Positions 11,275 to 20,285 of a stretch of DNA of 41,720 nucleotides are shown in pieces. The DNA comes from a bacterium. Its GTDB lineage: Bacteria > Zhuqueibacterota > Zhuqueibacteria > Oceanimicrobiales > Oceanimicrobiaceae. The position numbers and the translations under genes are program-made. The stretch lies in assembly GCA_046757165.1 (NCBI GenBank), contig JBHHXT010000024.1, positions 1 through 41,720 of the forward strand. The letters run 5' to 3'. Position 1 is the first letter of the stretch. Every line of letters starts with the position of its first letter. A model generated the notes under the pieces. That model was not told the DNA's origin, searched no databases, and saw only the letters and a list, made by a program, of their open reading frames with translations.

Positions 11275-12717
11275 TCAATTGCCCTTGTCTTTATCAATGG
11301 TGCCCATTGCAGCCTCGAGTTGAGCTTGTGCGATCAAGGCATCATACTTCGAACTCACGAGCTGAACACGGGCCCGGGTCAGGGAAACCTGGGCCTCGGT
11401 CACCTCCAATTGTGTGCCGGCGCCTACCCGGTAGCGTTCCTGGGCGAGACGGTATTCCTCCTCAGCGGAGCGCAGTCGCGTCTCGTTTATTTTGGCTATT
11501 CTGCTGAACCCTTCCAAGTTCAGGTACGCTTGTTTTACTTGTAGCTGCAACCGCCGCTTCTGGTCAATCCAATTTTCTTGAGCGATGGAGTAATTGGCCG
11601 ACTCACGTCCCAACTCGGCGACATCAGAGAAGCCATTGAAAATGTTGAAGCTGACCGAGGCGCCGAGAGTGAGTGCGTAATTCTCGCCAAGCGAGCCGTA
11701 GACGCGATCGAGATTCTGATTGTCTCGGGAATAGGTCGCGCTGATCCCAATGGAAGGCCAGAAATTGCCTTTTGCGACTTTTCGGCCATATTCCGCGCTC
11801 TCCATATCATATTGGAATCTGATGAGTTCCGGGTTGTTCGCCTCGGCGACCTTGTAGGCTTCGGTGAGACTGAAACTCGGCGGCGCAAAATTCGGCTCGA
11901 TTTCCAGGACTTGCAAGGGCTCCTCCGGATCGCGACCCATCGCTACATTCAGATTGCCTTGTGCTATCTTGACCGTGTTTTGCTGGTTGATCAAGTTGAT
12001 TTCATCTGTTCCCAGGGTCACTTCTTGCCTGTAGACATCGATCTGGGCAACAGAGCCTATTTCATACATGCTCTGTGTGCGATTGAGCTCTTCCTTGCTG
12101 CGCTCAACCGCTTCCATGAATTCCTGCTCCAGACGCTGCGCTTTCAGGAGCTCCAGGTAACGCTGTTTCACCGTTGCAAAAACGTTTTGTCGCGCTGAAG
12201 TCAAACTCTGTGACGAGGCCTCATAAGAAGCTTTTGCTTGTCTAATCGCATTCCAGGAGCGACCGAAATCGTACAGGGTCTGGTTGTATCTGAGCGTAAC
12301 CTGGTGGCCCCAGCGGAAACTTGTTGGGGAGACAATCTCAACAAAATCGACGACTGGCTGCTTGGTAGCAGCGTCGATTCGCGTCGCACCAAATGTTCGT
12401 TCGCCTCCGTCCGTATCGACGACAGTGATAATATCAGTGACAGGAATGTTCTGGGTGTTCACGGTCGTGCCCCGGATAGTACGGCCCGACTGGAAAGTGG
12501 ATGTAATTTGCGGCAAAATACGGGAGTAGGAGCCTTTTACCGTGGCGCCGGCCGAGTTTACCCTGTAGACAGCGTTTTTGAATTCAGAATTGTTCTTTAA
12601 TGCAATGTCAATGCACGCCTCCAAAGTATACGCTTTCCCATTCTGGGCCCGTGAGAGATTTGGAACCAGCAAACAAAGCAACAGAGCGCATGCTGTGGAT
12701 TTTTGCAGCTTAACCAT
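11275..12717 (-). CDS. TolC-family outer-membrane efflux protein
   Basis: Signal peptide; TLEACIDIALKNN; two OEP repeats; ERYRVGAGTQLEVTEAQ; C-terminal AQLEAAMG. Confidence 0.92.
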   Translation of the reverse strand: MVKLQKSTACALLLCLLVPNLSRAQNGKAYTLEACIDIALKNNSEFKNAVYRVNSAGATVKGSYSRILPQITSTFQSGRTIRGTTVNTQNIPVTDIITVVDTDGGERTFGATRIDAATKQPVVDFVEIVSPTSFRWGHQVTLRYNQTLYDFGRSWNAIRQAKASYEASSQSLTSARQNVFATVKQRYLELLKAQRLEQEFMEAVERSKEELNRTQSMYEIGSVAQIDVYRQEVTLGTDEINLINQQNTVKIAQGNLNVAMGRDPEEPLQVLEIEPNFAPPSFSLTEAYKVAEANNPELIRFQYDMESAEYGRKVAKGNFWPSIGISATYSRDNQNLDRVYGSLGENYALTLGASVSFNIFNGFSDVAELGRESANYSIAQENWIDQKRRLQLQVKQAYLNLEGFSRIAKINETRLRSAEEEYRLAQERYRVGAGTQLEVTEAQVSLTRARVQLVSSKYDALIAQAQLEAAMGTIDKDKGN

Positions 12718-12873
12718 GATTCACTCCAAAGTTGAAGGTGCCAAACTCAAGGAATATTGAGTTCAAGTTTATGATAAAGAAGCGAATTAGCCTGAGAATT
12801 GATGCTCTAAAGAACGTACTTCATATGAAAAAGTTTCAGAGCGTTCGGATGTGGACAATCGTGAAATCGAAGG

Positions 12874-13034
12874 TCATTCAAAGACTCTATCAATCCAGTA
12901 CTCTGGCTCTCGGTGCTGGTGAGCCACTGCCAGAATATAGATTTTCTTATTATGGAGTGTGTAAATCAAATTATAGGGAAACTTTTTCACCAAGGCTTTT
13001 CTTGCCTGCTTTGTTACTTCCGTCCATGCTTCAT
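12874..13034 (-). pseudogene. RelE/ParE-family toxin remnant (C-terminal half only)
   Basis: Manual translation from 13032: EAWTEVTKQARKALVKKFPYNLIYTLHNKKIYILAVAHQHREPEYWIDRVFE*, matching the R-x-x-L-x-x-FPY-x-LIY...ILAVAH-x-x-R-x-P-x-YW pattern. The N-terminal half is missing and the coupled ATG at 13034 is out of frame. Confidence 0.8.
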
Positions 13035-13216
13035 TACTTATTCCGTTGAATTATTTCCTCCATGGGAATAGTTTTTACTTTTCCCTTTTTTAGCGCCTGA
13101 TACCTTTTTTCTAAACTTTTCAAAAAACCTTTTTGGTTCCGGCTTGTCCGGGTTAAGAGTAAAGCTTCTTTAGATAATATCTTCGCGAATCCATTATGTA
13201 GTATCCTCAATTTCAT
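13034..13216 (-). pseudogene. Putative addiction-module antitoxin component, probably degenerate
   Basis: C-terminus EKRYQALKKGKVKTIPMEEI resembles addiction module components (E-x-R......G....IP-x-EE). Its stop overlaps the toxin ATG (TAATG). The region is AT-rich and seems to lack the usual acidic W-containing middle segment. Confidence 0.65.
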
Positions 13217-13250
13217 AGGTCATCAGATATTTTCAGCAGACAGCCAGACC

Positions 13251-13784
13251 TCACGACTCGAGATTCTTCAATTCCTCCTCGACGCGCTGGGCCCAAGGTG
13301 AGGTGTCCTCGGCAGGTTTCCGTGGCGTGGTTGGACTGCCACTTTTCTTTGCGCCAGGTGCCGGAGCTGTCCACTTTAGAATCACTGTGGCAACGACAAG
13401 GGTGCCAAGGAGAAAGGCGATAGGAATAAGCCAGTAAGCGGACTTGCCGAGCAGCGTGTCCTGAGAGGGTGACGCCAGAATACGCTCGCCATATCGCTGC
13501 GGAGAGGAGAAATAGCGTAGAATTTCCTTTCGGCTCTGGCCCTTCTCGACCAGCTCCGCGATCTTGGCCCGTACCTGGCGCGAGGCCGGCGACTCGTGCT
13601 GGTCGACCGTCATGTTCCAGCAGCACGGCGCCACCAGGCTGTGCTCGATTTCCGCCTGCAGCGCCTTTTGCTCTTCTGTCATGTCATCCGTATTCTCACT
13701 GGCCAGGCCGTAACTCGAGCCGGCAAAAAGAATTAGAACAAGCGCCATTAGCCGCAGCAGTGATTTCATTTTGAGATTGATCAT
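13251..13784 (-). CDS. ccmH: Cytochrome c biogenesis CcmH/NrfF-like protein (vicinal Cys variant)
   Basis: Signal peptide; LVAPCCW...H-x-S; I...V..G.S..EI..YF....RYGERIL-x-x-P; C-terminal TM with YWLIP. Confidence 0.75.
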   Translation of the reverse strand: MINLKMKSLLRLMALVLILFAGSSYGLASENTDDMTEEQKALQAEIEHSLVAPCCWNMTVDQHESPASRQVRAKIAELVEKGQSRKEILRYFSSPQRYGERILASPSQDTLLGKSAYWLIPIAFLLGTLVVATVILKWTAPAPGAKKSGSPTTPRKPAEDTSPWAQRVEEELKNLES

Positions 13785-13865
13785 TCTCCACCTCTTTACT
13801 TACTATCGAAAAGGTCATTCCGGCGAGCTGCCGGGGTTATTCTCATTTTCTGTAACGACCAGGGG

Positions 13866-14720
13866 TCAATTCAAACTCGCCAGCCGTCCCCGCGCCAGGT
13901 TGGCGACATCCGAGTCGGGGTAGTCGTTGAGGATCTCTTCCAGGTAGATCTTGCCTTGCTCGATTTCATTCATGTTAATGTAGGAATAGCCAATCTTTAG
14001 CAGGGCGGAGGCCGTTTTGTCACCGTGGCCGTACCACTTCACGACCTTCTCGAATTCATCGATGGCGTTTTGATAGCGGCCCTGGGCGTAGTACACCTCG
14101 CCAATCCAGTATTGGGCATTATCGACCAGGTCGGAATTCGGATGTTGGCTGACAAACTGTTTGAATCCCTGCAGCGCCAACTGGTAATTGCCGCGTTTGA
14201 GGTCACGATAGGCCGTGTTGTACAACTCGCGCGATTGATCGACGGCCAGAGATTGTGAATCCGCCGTCCGACGTGTTGAGGTCGTGTCTGGCGACTGCAA
14301 GCTGCTATCTGCCGTGGCTGGCCGAAGGCCGCGTCCTGGCCTGTCCCCAAACCTGGTGATTCTGTAGTTGGTGTCCTGCAACTGGTTTTGAATGGCCTCC
14401 ATCTGCTGCAACGCTTCGTCGATCTTGCTGCTCAGGTCTGCTTTGTCTTGCAGGTTGGTGAATTTTAGCTCCTCGAGCTGTTTCTCCAGGTCGTCCAGTT
14501 CTCGCCGGAATTGTGAATTTTGCTGCTTGAGAAACTTGATTTCCCGCCGAAAATTGTCCATCTCAGTCTGACGGGTGCTAATGCGTTTACCTTGCGATGC
14601 GCAGCCAGCCAGAGCGAAGATGGCTGCAACGCACAGCAAGGTCGCCCGGTTTAAGCCGCGCCAATTCCTTGTGACGCCGTCGGACCCCGGGCCGAGAGTT
14701 TTTTTCCTCGGTTTCCTCAT
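13866..14720 (-). CDS. cpoB: Tol-Pal system protein CpoB/YbgF (lipoprotein, coiled coil + TPR)
   Basis: LAGC lipobox, coiled coil, TPRs LYNTAY...GNY, NAQYWIGE, ALLKIG; directly downstream of pal. Confidence 0.9.
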   Translation of the reverse strand: MRKPRKKTLGPGSDGVTRNWRGLNRATLLCVAAIFALAGCASQGKRISTRQTEMDNFRREIKFLKQQNSQFRRELDDLEKQLEELKFTNLQDKADLSSKIDEALQQMEAIQNQLQDTNYRITRFGDRPGRGLRPATADSSLQSPDTTSTRRTADSQSLAVDQSRELYNTAYRDLKRGNYQLALQGFKQFVSQHPNSDLVDNAQYWIGEVYYAQGRYQNAIDEFEKVVKWYGHGDKTASALLKIGYSYINMNEIEQGKIYLEEILNDYPDSDVANLARGRLASLN

Positions 14721-14734
14721 TTTCTCCGTCCTGG

Positions 14735-15268
14735 TTAGTTCAGAATAACAAATTCAGCTCGTCTGTTTTTGTCCCACGCCGCCGGTATGTGGCGGGGGTC
14801 AACGGGCCGTTCTTTGCCGTAACTGATGATGTCAATCCGGCCGGTCGAGATCCCGAAGCTCACCAGATAAGCGCGTGCGACTAGCGCTCTCCGTTCGCCG
14901 AGCGCCAGATTGTATTCCACGGTTCCGCGTTCATCACAATGCCCCTCGATGCGGATGTTCACCTCCGGATATTGCTGCAGCCGGCGGGCATTGTCTGCCA
15001 GAATCGCTCTTGCTGTCGGGTTCAACGTCGATTTGTCGAAATCAAAGTTGATACTCTGCAGAACCAGGGGATCTCTCTTCGGCAGGTCTTCTGCTGTTGC
15101 CTGCGGCTCCGGCTGCTCGATTTCCGGCTCGGGTTCAGCTTGAATTACCTCATCGAGATACGGGTCCGGATCATAGTCCACGGTTTCTTTGCTGCCCCCG
15201 CAGCCGAGAAGACCAACCACCAAAATTAGAAAAAATAAACGACAAAACAACCGTAATTTTTGTGCCAT
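14735..15268 (-). CDS. pal: Peptidoglycan-associated lipoprotein
   Basis: LLGC lipobox; INFDFDKS, IEGHCDERGTVEYNLALGERRA, ISYGKERP, NRRAEF. Confidence 0.96.
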   Translation of the reverse strand: MAQKLRLFCRLFFLILVVGLLGCGGSKETVDYDPDPYLDEVIQAEPEPEIEQPEPQATAEDLPKRDPLVLQSINFDFDKSTLNPTARAILADNARRLQQYPEVNIRIEGHCDERGTVEYNLALGERRALVARAYLVSFGISTGRIDIISYGKERPVDPRHIPAAWDKNRRAEFVILN

Positions 15269-15286
15269 CCTGTTTTCTCCTCTATT

Positions 15287-15384
15287 CAGGTGTTTAGACT
15301 GTAGGCTGTTGGGTTCTGCGCAATGCTCTAATCAACGTTCATGGATTCTTCCTACAGCCTAAAAGTCTACAGCCTATTTACCTG
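15287..15384. repeat. Inverted repeat built from TAG(G/A)CTG heptamer units (REP-like)
   Basis: Left arm CAGGTGTTTAGACTGTAGGCTGTTGGG; right arm CCTACAGCCTAAAAGTCTACAGCCTATTTACCTG (reverse complement CAGGTAAATAGGCTGTAGACTTTTAGGCTGTAGG). Confidence 0.55.
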
Positions 15385-15462
15385 TAGTTACGTTTTTTGA
15401 CCCCACGAGATCCCTTTCTTACTACTCATTAATATTCAAACAAACACCCGAACATTTCGAAT

Positions 15463-16833
15463 TCACCTCAACCTTGGGGACCAGGCGGGCAAATAATTGG
15501 TGCCGCCGGAGGTGACTCTTTTTTGGTCGGAACCATCCCAGAACATGGAGTACAGCTCTTTTCTTCCGCTTCTGGTTGAGCTAAAGATCAGGGAAAATCC
15601 ATTCGGTGACCAGTTTGGGTCTTCATTGCTGCTGCTGCTGTCGGTCAGGCGCATGGTGTTTTCGCCTGTGACATCGATAGTATAGATATCAAATCCGGAG
15701 TCGGTTCTGGAGACATAGGCGATCTTGTCGCCGCGTGGCGACCAGGCCGGCGTGTCATTGTAGCTGCCCTCAAAAGTCAAGCGGCGCACGTTCAGGCCAT
15801 CGGAGTCCATGATGTAGATTTGCGGTGAGCCGGAACGGTCCGAGGCAAATGCCAGGTCCCGGTTTGAAGGCGACCAGCTCGGGGATGAATCGATGGCCCG
15901 ATTGTACGTCAAGCGGCGTAACTTTTTCTGCTCGATCTCCAGAATGTATAGCTCGGCATTGCCATCTTTGGTCAGGGTGAGCGCGATCTGGTTGCCGTCT
16001 GGCGACCAGGCTGGCGCCGAATTCAGCCCCTTCACATTCGATAGCCGGTATTGTGTGTCTGTGCGCAGGTTGAGCACATACAAATTCGGGTTGTCATCTC
16101 TGTAGGAGGTGTAGCATATCTTGCTGCCATCCGGTGACCAGGCGGGCGAAAGGTTGATGCTTTTGTCGGCGGTGAGCGTTCGGATGTTCTTGCCATCGAA
16201 ATCCATGATTGCGATCTCTTTGGCCCCGTCGCGCCCCTCTTGAACGTAGGCGATTTTGGAGGTGGCGATGCCACGCACGCCAGTCAGACTGTAGACAATG
16301 TCATCGGCAATATGATGGATTGCGTAGCGCTCACGCCCGGCGCCCTCTGAATAATCAGACCGGATGATGGTGCGTCCAGAGACTCTGTCTACCAGGTCCG
16401 GACGAATGGTTACGCTCTGGTTATCGATGCGGAATGTCCCGGTCACCAGGGCCAGCGCCCCATGGCGGCCACTATTCTGTGCCTCCAGATTGGCGACATT
16501 TGTTTCAGGCGTTCCGAATTTGCGGTTGACCTTGAAGTAGCCGGACATCCAAAGGTCGTGGCTCAAGACCTCGGTGATGAGGGCGGTCGTAATATCAGAA
16601 TCCGTTCCAGGTCTTTCGCCCGCAAACGGGTAGAGGTCGATTTCCATGCGCTGGAAAGTTCTTGCATAGACCTTCAGATAGACATCCGTTTGTGAGAAAG
16701 CGGTTGTCCACCCAATCGAAGCGAATGTGAGAAGTAGCGCAAATCGCGTACTTCTGCCTTTCGCGGCGCGTCTAACCTGTACGAAGTGAATGCTCGTGGT
16801 CAAAATCGTCTCAATGTCCCTGTTCAAATTCAT
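15463..16833 (-). CDS. tolB: Tol-Pal beta-propeller protein TolB
   Basis: H-x-IADDIVYSLTG-x-RG...KIAYV followed by multiple PD40 repeats (SPAWSPDG). Start uncertain (ATG 16833 or TTG 16803); the track's 16950 overlaps the upstream gene by 140 nt. Confidence 0.92.
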   Translation of the reverse strand: MNLNRDIETILTTSIHFVQVRRAAKGRSTRFALLLTFASIGWTTAFSQTDVYLKVYARTFQRMEIDLYPFAGERPGTDSDITTALITEVLSHDLWMSGYFKVNRKFGTPETNVANLEAQNSGRHGALALVTGTFRIDNQSVTIRPDLVDRVSGRTIIRSDYSEGAGRERYAIHHIADDIVYSLTGVRGIATSKIAYVQEGRDGAKEIAIMDFDGKNIRTLTADKSINLSPAWSPDGSKICYTSYRDDNPNLYVLNLRTDTQYRLSNVKGLNSAPAWSPDGNQIALTLTKDGNAELYILEIEQKKLRRLTYNRAIDSSPSWSPSNRDLAFASDRSGSPQIYIMDSDGLNVRRLTFEGSYNDTPAWSPRGDKIAYVSRTDSGFDIYTIDVTGENTMRLTDSSSSNEDPNWSPNGFSLIFSSTRSGRKELYSMFWDGSDQKRVTSGGTNYLPAWSPRLR

Positions 16834-17449
16834 AATGAACGCCGAGCCATGGCTCCGGGAAATCGTACGGCAACGGCGGCAGCGGATTAGCCAGCATGAC
16901 CGCTCGCAAGGCGGCCTGGTCAAACATGTAGTCGCCTGAGCCGGATTCAATCGAGATGTTGGTCAACTGGCCGCTTCTCTGAATCTTGAAATAAATGAGG
17001 ACCTTCTTTGAAAGCGCCAGGCCGGAGCTGAAGGGTGGCTCCCAATTCGCCTGGATCCGCGACTGTAAGAGCGCCAAATAGTAAGAAAACGGAAACTCCT
17101 TCACATCCAGGCGTACTTTCTTGCCGCCGACCGCTGAGGTCCCTTTGTTTGACGCTTCCGGCTCTTCGATCTGCTTTGGCGGACGCTCCTCCGGCTCTTC
17201 CGCGATGATTTTCTTCTTCTCCACCGTCACGCCTTCGAGCTTCTTGGGCTTGGGTTTGGCCACGTGTCTGCGCGGTGCGATTTTTTCCACTTCCGCTGCT
17301 TTGAAAGAAACGGGCTTTAGCTGCACCAGTTCTACCGGCATCACCCTCGGGTAGCCTTCGAATCGACCTGCACCTCGGTACGGGTAAAAAAATGCGGCGA
17401 CGAGTAACAGGAGATGTATAGCAAATGAGAAAAGTACGTTGGCCTTCAT
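16811..17449 (-). CDS. TolA/TonB-type energy transducer
   Basis: N-terminal TM with SFAIHLL (S-x3-H), Lys/Pro/Glu-rich linker, C-terminal domain YYLALLQSRIQANW...SGDYMFDQAALRAV...PLPPLP; located between tolR and tolB. Confidence 0.85.
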   Translation of the reverse strand: MKANVLFSFAIHLLLLVAAFFYPYRGAGRFEGYPRVMPVELVQLKPVSFKAAEVEKIAPRRHVAKPKPKKLEGVTVEKKKIIAEEPEERPPKQIEEPEASNKGTSAVGGKKVRLDVKEFPFSYYLALLQSRIQANWEPPFSSGLALSKKVLIYFKIQRSGQLTNISIESGSGDYMFDQAALRAVMLANPLPPLPYDFPEPWLGVHYEFEQGH

Positions 17450-17507
17450 TTGCGCAAGCCCAGGAATAGTCTGCTAATGAAATCAGTTGACACCCCAATC
17501 CGTGACC

Positions 17508-17906
17508 TTACCGCTGCCTCGGCTTCAGAACCAGCCCGAGCTTGCCAATGCCCAACTCCTTGATGATATCCATGACCTCGATGACATGACCATAGAACAC
17601 CTCTTTGTCTCCCTGTAGCAAGATCGGTTTCAACCTGTTCGATACCTGCCGTTTTTGCAATCGTTCACGCAGCACGGGCAGCGAAATTTGCTCCCGGTTC
17701 CAAAACAAGGTGCCGCTTTTGTCAACGGTAAGAACGATGGCTTTGCCCGGGTCGATCTCTTTGGCAACGGTTTGGGGTAAATCCACCGTCATGCCGGAGC
17801 GCAGCAACGGCGCCGTGATCATGAACACGATCAGCAGGACGAGCGTGACGTCCACCAGGGAGGTCACGTTGATTTCCGAAAGGCTCGTATATTTAGCGGA
17901 CTTCAT
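17508..17906 (-). CDS. tolR: TolR/ExbD biopolymer transport protein
   Basis: EINVTSLVDVTLVLLIVFMITAP, VDLP, GDKEVFYG. Confidence 0.9.
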   Translation of the reverse strand: MKSAKYTSLSEINVTSLVDVTLVLLIVFMITAPLLRSGMTVDLPQTVAKEIDPGKAIVLTVDKSGTLFWNREQISLPVLRERLQKRQVSNRLKPILLQGDKEVFYGHVIEVMDIIKELGIGKLGLVLKPRQR

Positions 17907-18672
17907 GACCCTCCGCCTTCGCGAAGGCTTCGATAAGGTTTGAATAAAAGATTTCCAGCTCTGCGCTCAGCCGCTCGAGTTTGCCGACGAACGAGTTGTA
18001 GGCTATCACAGCCGGGATGGCCGCGCCCAATCCGGCTGCGGTCGTAATCAGCGCTTCCGCGATGCCCGGCGCCACCACGCTCAGATCTGCCGAGCCCGTG
18101 AAACCGATGGCCATGAAAGCGGTCATGACGCCCCATACGGTTCCAAACAAGCCGAAGAAGGGGCTGACGCTGCCAGTGGTTGCCAGGAAGGTCAGGTTCT
18201 TTTCCAGGGCTAGAACTTCGCGGCTGGCGACCGAGTCAAAGAGACGAACCAGGTCGTCGGAGGTATGAGAGGTGCGCGTCCTCTGCTCTCTCATCATGTC
18301 GATTGTGCCGCCGACAGCGGGGCTCGAAGCATGGTCATCGCTCCGATTGAACAGCCAGTACGCTTCCTTGAACACTTCTGCAAATGGATTGCGTGCATAC
18401 TGCCGGCTTGCTTGAAAGATTTCACGCACGCTTTTGCGTTGCTGAAAGAGCACAAGAAAACGGTCTGATTGTTTACGTACACGCCGGAATACTCGCAGCT
18501 TGTCGATAATGATCCCCCATGAGATGATCGAGAACAGCAGTAAAATCCCCAGAACAACTTTTGCGACGATGCCCGCATGCAAGACGAGATCGAGTGCGTT
18601 CTGCTGTGTGAGAAACTGCTGCGGATTCTGGCCCAAAACGGTGACAATGACTGGCATGCGGAAAAACTCCAC
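17893..18672 (-). CDS. tolQ: TolQ/ExbB proton channel protein
   Basis: LATTGSVSPFFGLFGTVWG, VAPGIAEALITTAAGL..AIPAV..YN. Start may be ATG 18657. Confidence 0.92.
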   Translation of the reverse strand: MEFFRMPVIVTVLGQNPQQFLTQQNALDLVLHAGIVAKVVLGILLLFSIISWGIIIDKLRVFRRVRKQSDRFLVLFQQRKSVREIFQASRQYARNPFAEVFKEAYWLFNRSDDHASSPAVGGTIDMMREQRTRTSHTSDDLVRLFDSVASREVLALEKNLTFLATTGSVSPFFGLFGTVWGVMTAFMAIGFTGSADLSVVAPGIAEALITTAAGLGAAIPAVIAYNSFVGKLERLSAELEIFYSNLIEAFAKAEGHEVR

Positions 18673-18843
18673 GGTTGGCTGTCGACCCTCTCATCTTTTG
18701 CACAAGAATGCTAAGGATGAGAAGGTGGACGGCATATGCGGCTTCGCCGCGTCAGGAATTGCTATTTAAACATTCAAAGTGAACTTAGGTTCCGAAGTGA
18801 ATGTCGCATCAACGAGACTGAGAACCCCTTTAGGCTGTTGAGC

Positions 18844-18872
18844 AATATATTTTCATCTCTCAAAAAAAGCAA
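18844..18872 (-). promoter_or_regulatory. Putative sigma70 promoter for the tol-pal operon
   Basis: Minus strand TTGCTT-N17-TATATT, about 170 nt upstream of tolQ. Confidence 0.45.
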
Positions 18873-18879
18873 GGGTTTT

Positions 18880-20118
18880 TCAAACACTCTTTGCTTTCAC
18901 AATCTCTATCACCGGAACTTCATCCACCAGCTTGACCTCTGGATAGACCTCGGTGATGGCGGCGACCTGCTTCCGCCACCTGCGTTTTTTGAGCAGCTCC
19001 CTCAAACCCTTGCGACACAGGATCTTCGTGTGAATCAAGTTCATGAGGTCCTGCGCCGCACGGCTTTTCGGGTCATGCAGGATGAAGGGCCGAAAGTGTC
19101 GAACCGCTCGTGCGACGTTGTCATCCAGCGAAATTCGACCAAGGATGCCAACCTGCAATGACAGCAGATCCGAAGCCGCCACCCGGATCGAAATCGCTTC
19201 GTCGAGATCGCTTTTTTCCCGTGCTTTGTTGAGGATCAGCTTTGGCTTAAAGGATCCCACGGCGGACTCGGACTTCAGGGTGGTTTCCAACCCCTCAGTT
19301 GCAAGCTTCGCCAGAATCTGCTCGACGGTCAATTCCATCTCGGACTGATTCCTCTCCTGTTCATTCAGGACGGCCAGCGCAGATGGCTGGTCCTTGAATG
19401 TACGCTTCAGGCTGCGCATCAAACAAACCTTGATGAATCCGAACGCCTCCTGTACCGAAGGCAACTCCGGGTTGACGACCAGGATCGGTTCATCTGCGAG
19501 CAGAAAAAAATCCAGCACGTTGAAATTGGAGCCACCCCCCAGATCCATGATGATGAAATCCGCCCGGAGAGATTTCAACGCTCTGATAAAGCGCTGCTTC
19601 TTGTGGTATTGCGGACTGACCAGGTCGAGCGCGCCACATGAGCCACTGATCATTCTCAAATTTGCAATCGGCGTCTCCACCAGAAACTCGCTCAGTGGCC
19701 GCCCTCGTTGGGTGAAGAAGTCATCAAAACTGTATTCTGGCTGCAAAAGCCCCATCACCGTGTGCAGGTTGGCGCCGCCAAAATCGCTGTCTACAATGAT
19801 GACGTTGTATCCAAGAGAGGCCAGCGCGACACCCATAGAAGCCGTAATGACAGTTTTGCCGACGCCTCCTTTCCCGCTCGCGATCGCCAATAGCCTGGCG
19901 GATGGCGCAACTTGCTCACCCTGCAGGTTGAAAAAGCTGGCCATTCCGGGCATGCTTTCCGCTCGGATCCAATCCCGGGCGCGATTGCTCCAAACACAAT
20001 CGTTCGGTGTAAAGACACCTTGCTCGATCAGCGTGCGCAGCTTTTTCTCCGACAGCGGCCCAATCATGTTGTCCTGGACTTTGATAAAGACGTTGTCCAT
20101 GACGATACGAGTTTTCAT
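18880..20118 (-). CDS. MinD/FlhG(FleN)-like P-loop ATPase with N-terminal GYF_2 (DUF4339)-like domain
   Basis: N-terminus GPLS...L..LIEQG.....D.VW.....DW..A...P is GYF_2-like; deviant Walker A SGKGGVGKT, D-x-DFGGANLH, MDLGGG. Confidence 0.85.
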   Translation of the reverse strand: MKTRIVMDNVFIKVQDNMIGPLSEKKLRTLIEQGVFTPNDCVWSNRARDWIRAESMPGMASFFNLQGEQVAPSARLLAIASGKGGVGKTVITASMGVALASLGYNVIIVDSDFGGANLHTVMGLLQPEYSFDDFFTQRGRPLSEFLVETPIANLRMISGSCGALDLVSPQYHKKQRFIRALKSLRADFIIMDLGGGSNFNVLDFFLLADEPILVVNPELPSVQEAFGFIKVCLMRSLKRTFKDQPSALAVLNEQERNQSEMELTVEQILAKLATEGLETTLKSESAVGSFKPKLILNKAREKSDLDEAISIRVAASDLLSLQVGILGRISLDDNVARAVRHFRPFILHDPKSRAAQDLMNLIHTKILCRKGLRELLKKRRWRKQVAAITEVYPEVKLVDEVPVIEIVKAKSV

Positions 20119-20285
20119 AGCAGCAACGGGGTGGTGTTTAATATCTTACACTCTGTTGGGTCAAGAAGTTCGAGATAGTGATTAACATCGGTACGGAAGG
20201 ATGAGTTCTTCAATGTCTGAGACGCTACGTCTCGACTGGGAACTCGCCAGCAGAAATGGCCCTGCGGCAGGAAAAGGTGAAATAT

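Noticed and set aside
12732..13049. 105-aa plus-strand ORF
   Set aside because: Antisense to the ParE remnant, which has the recognisable motifs.
18673..18843. Structured leader or riboswitch before tolQ
   Set aside because: Only imperfect stems (for example TCTCATC/GATGAGA, ACATTCA/TGAATGT) and no recognisable aptamer; unsupported without comparative data.
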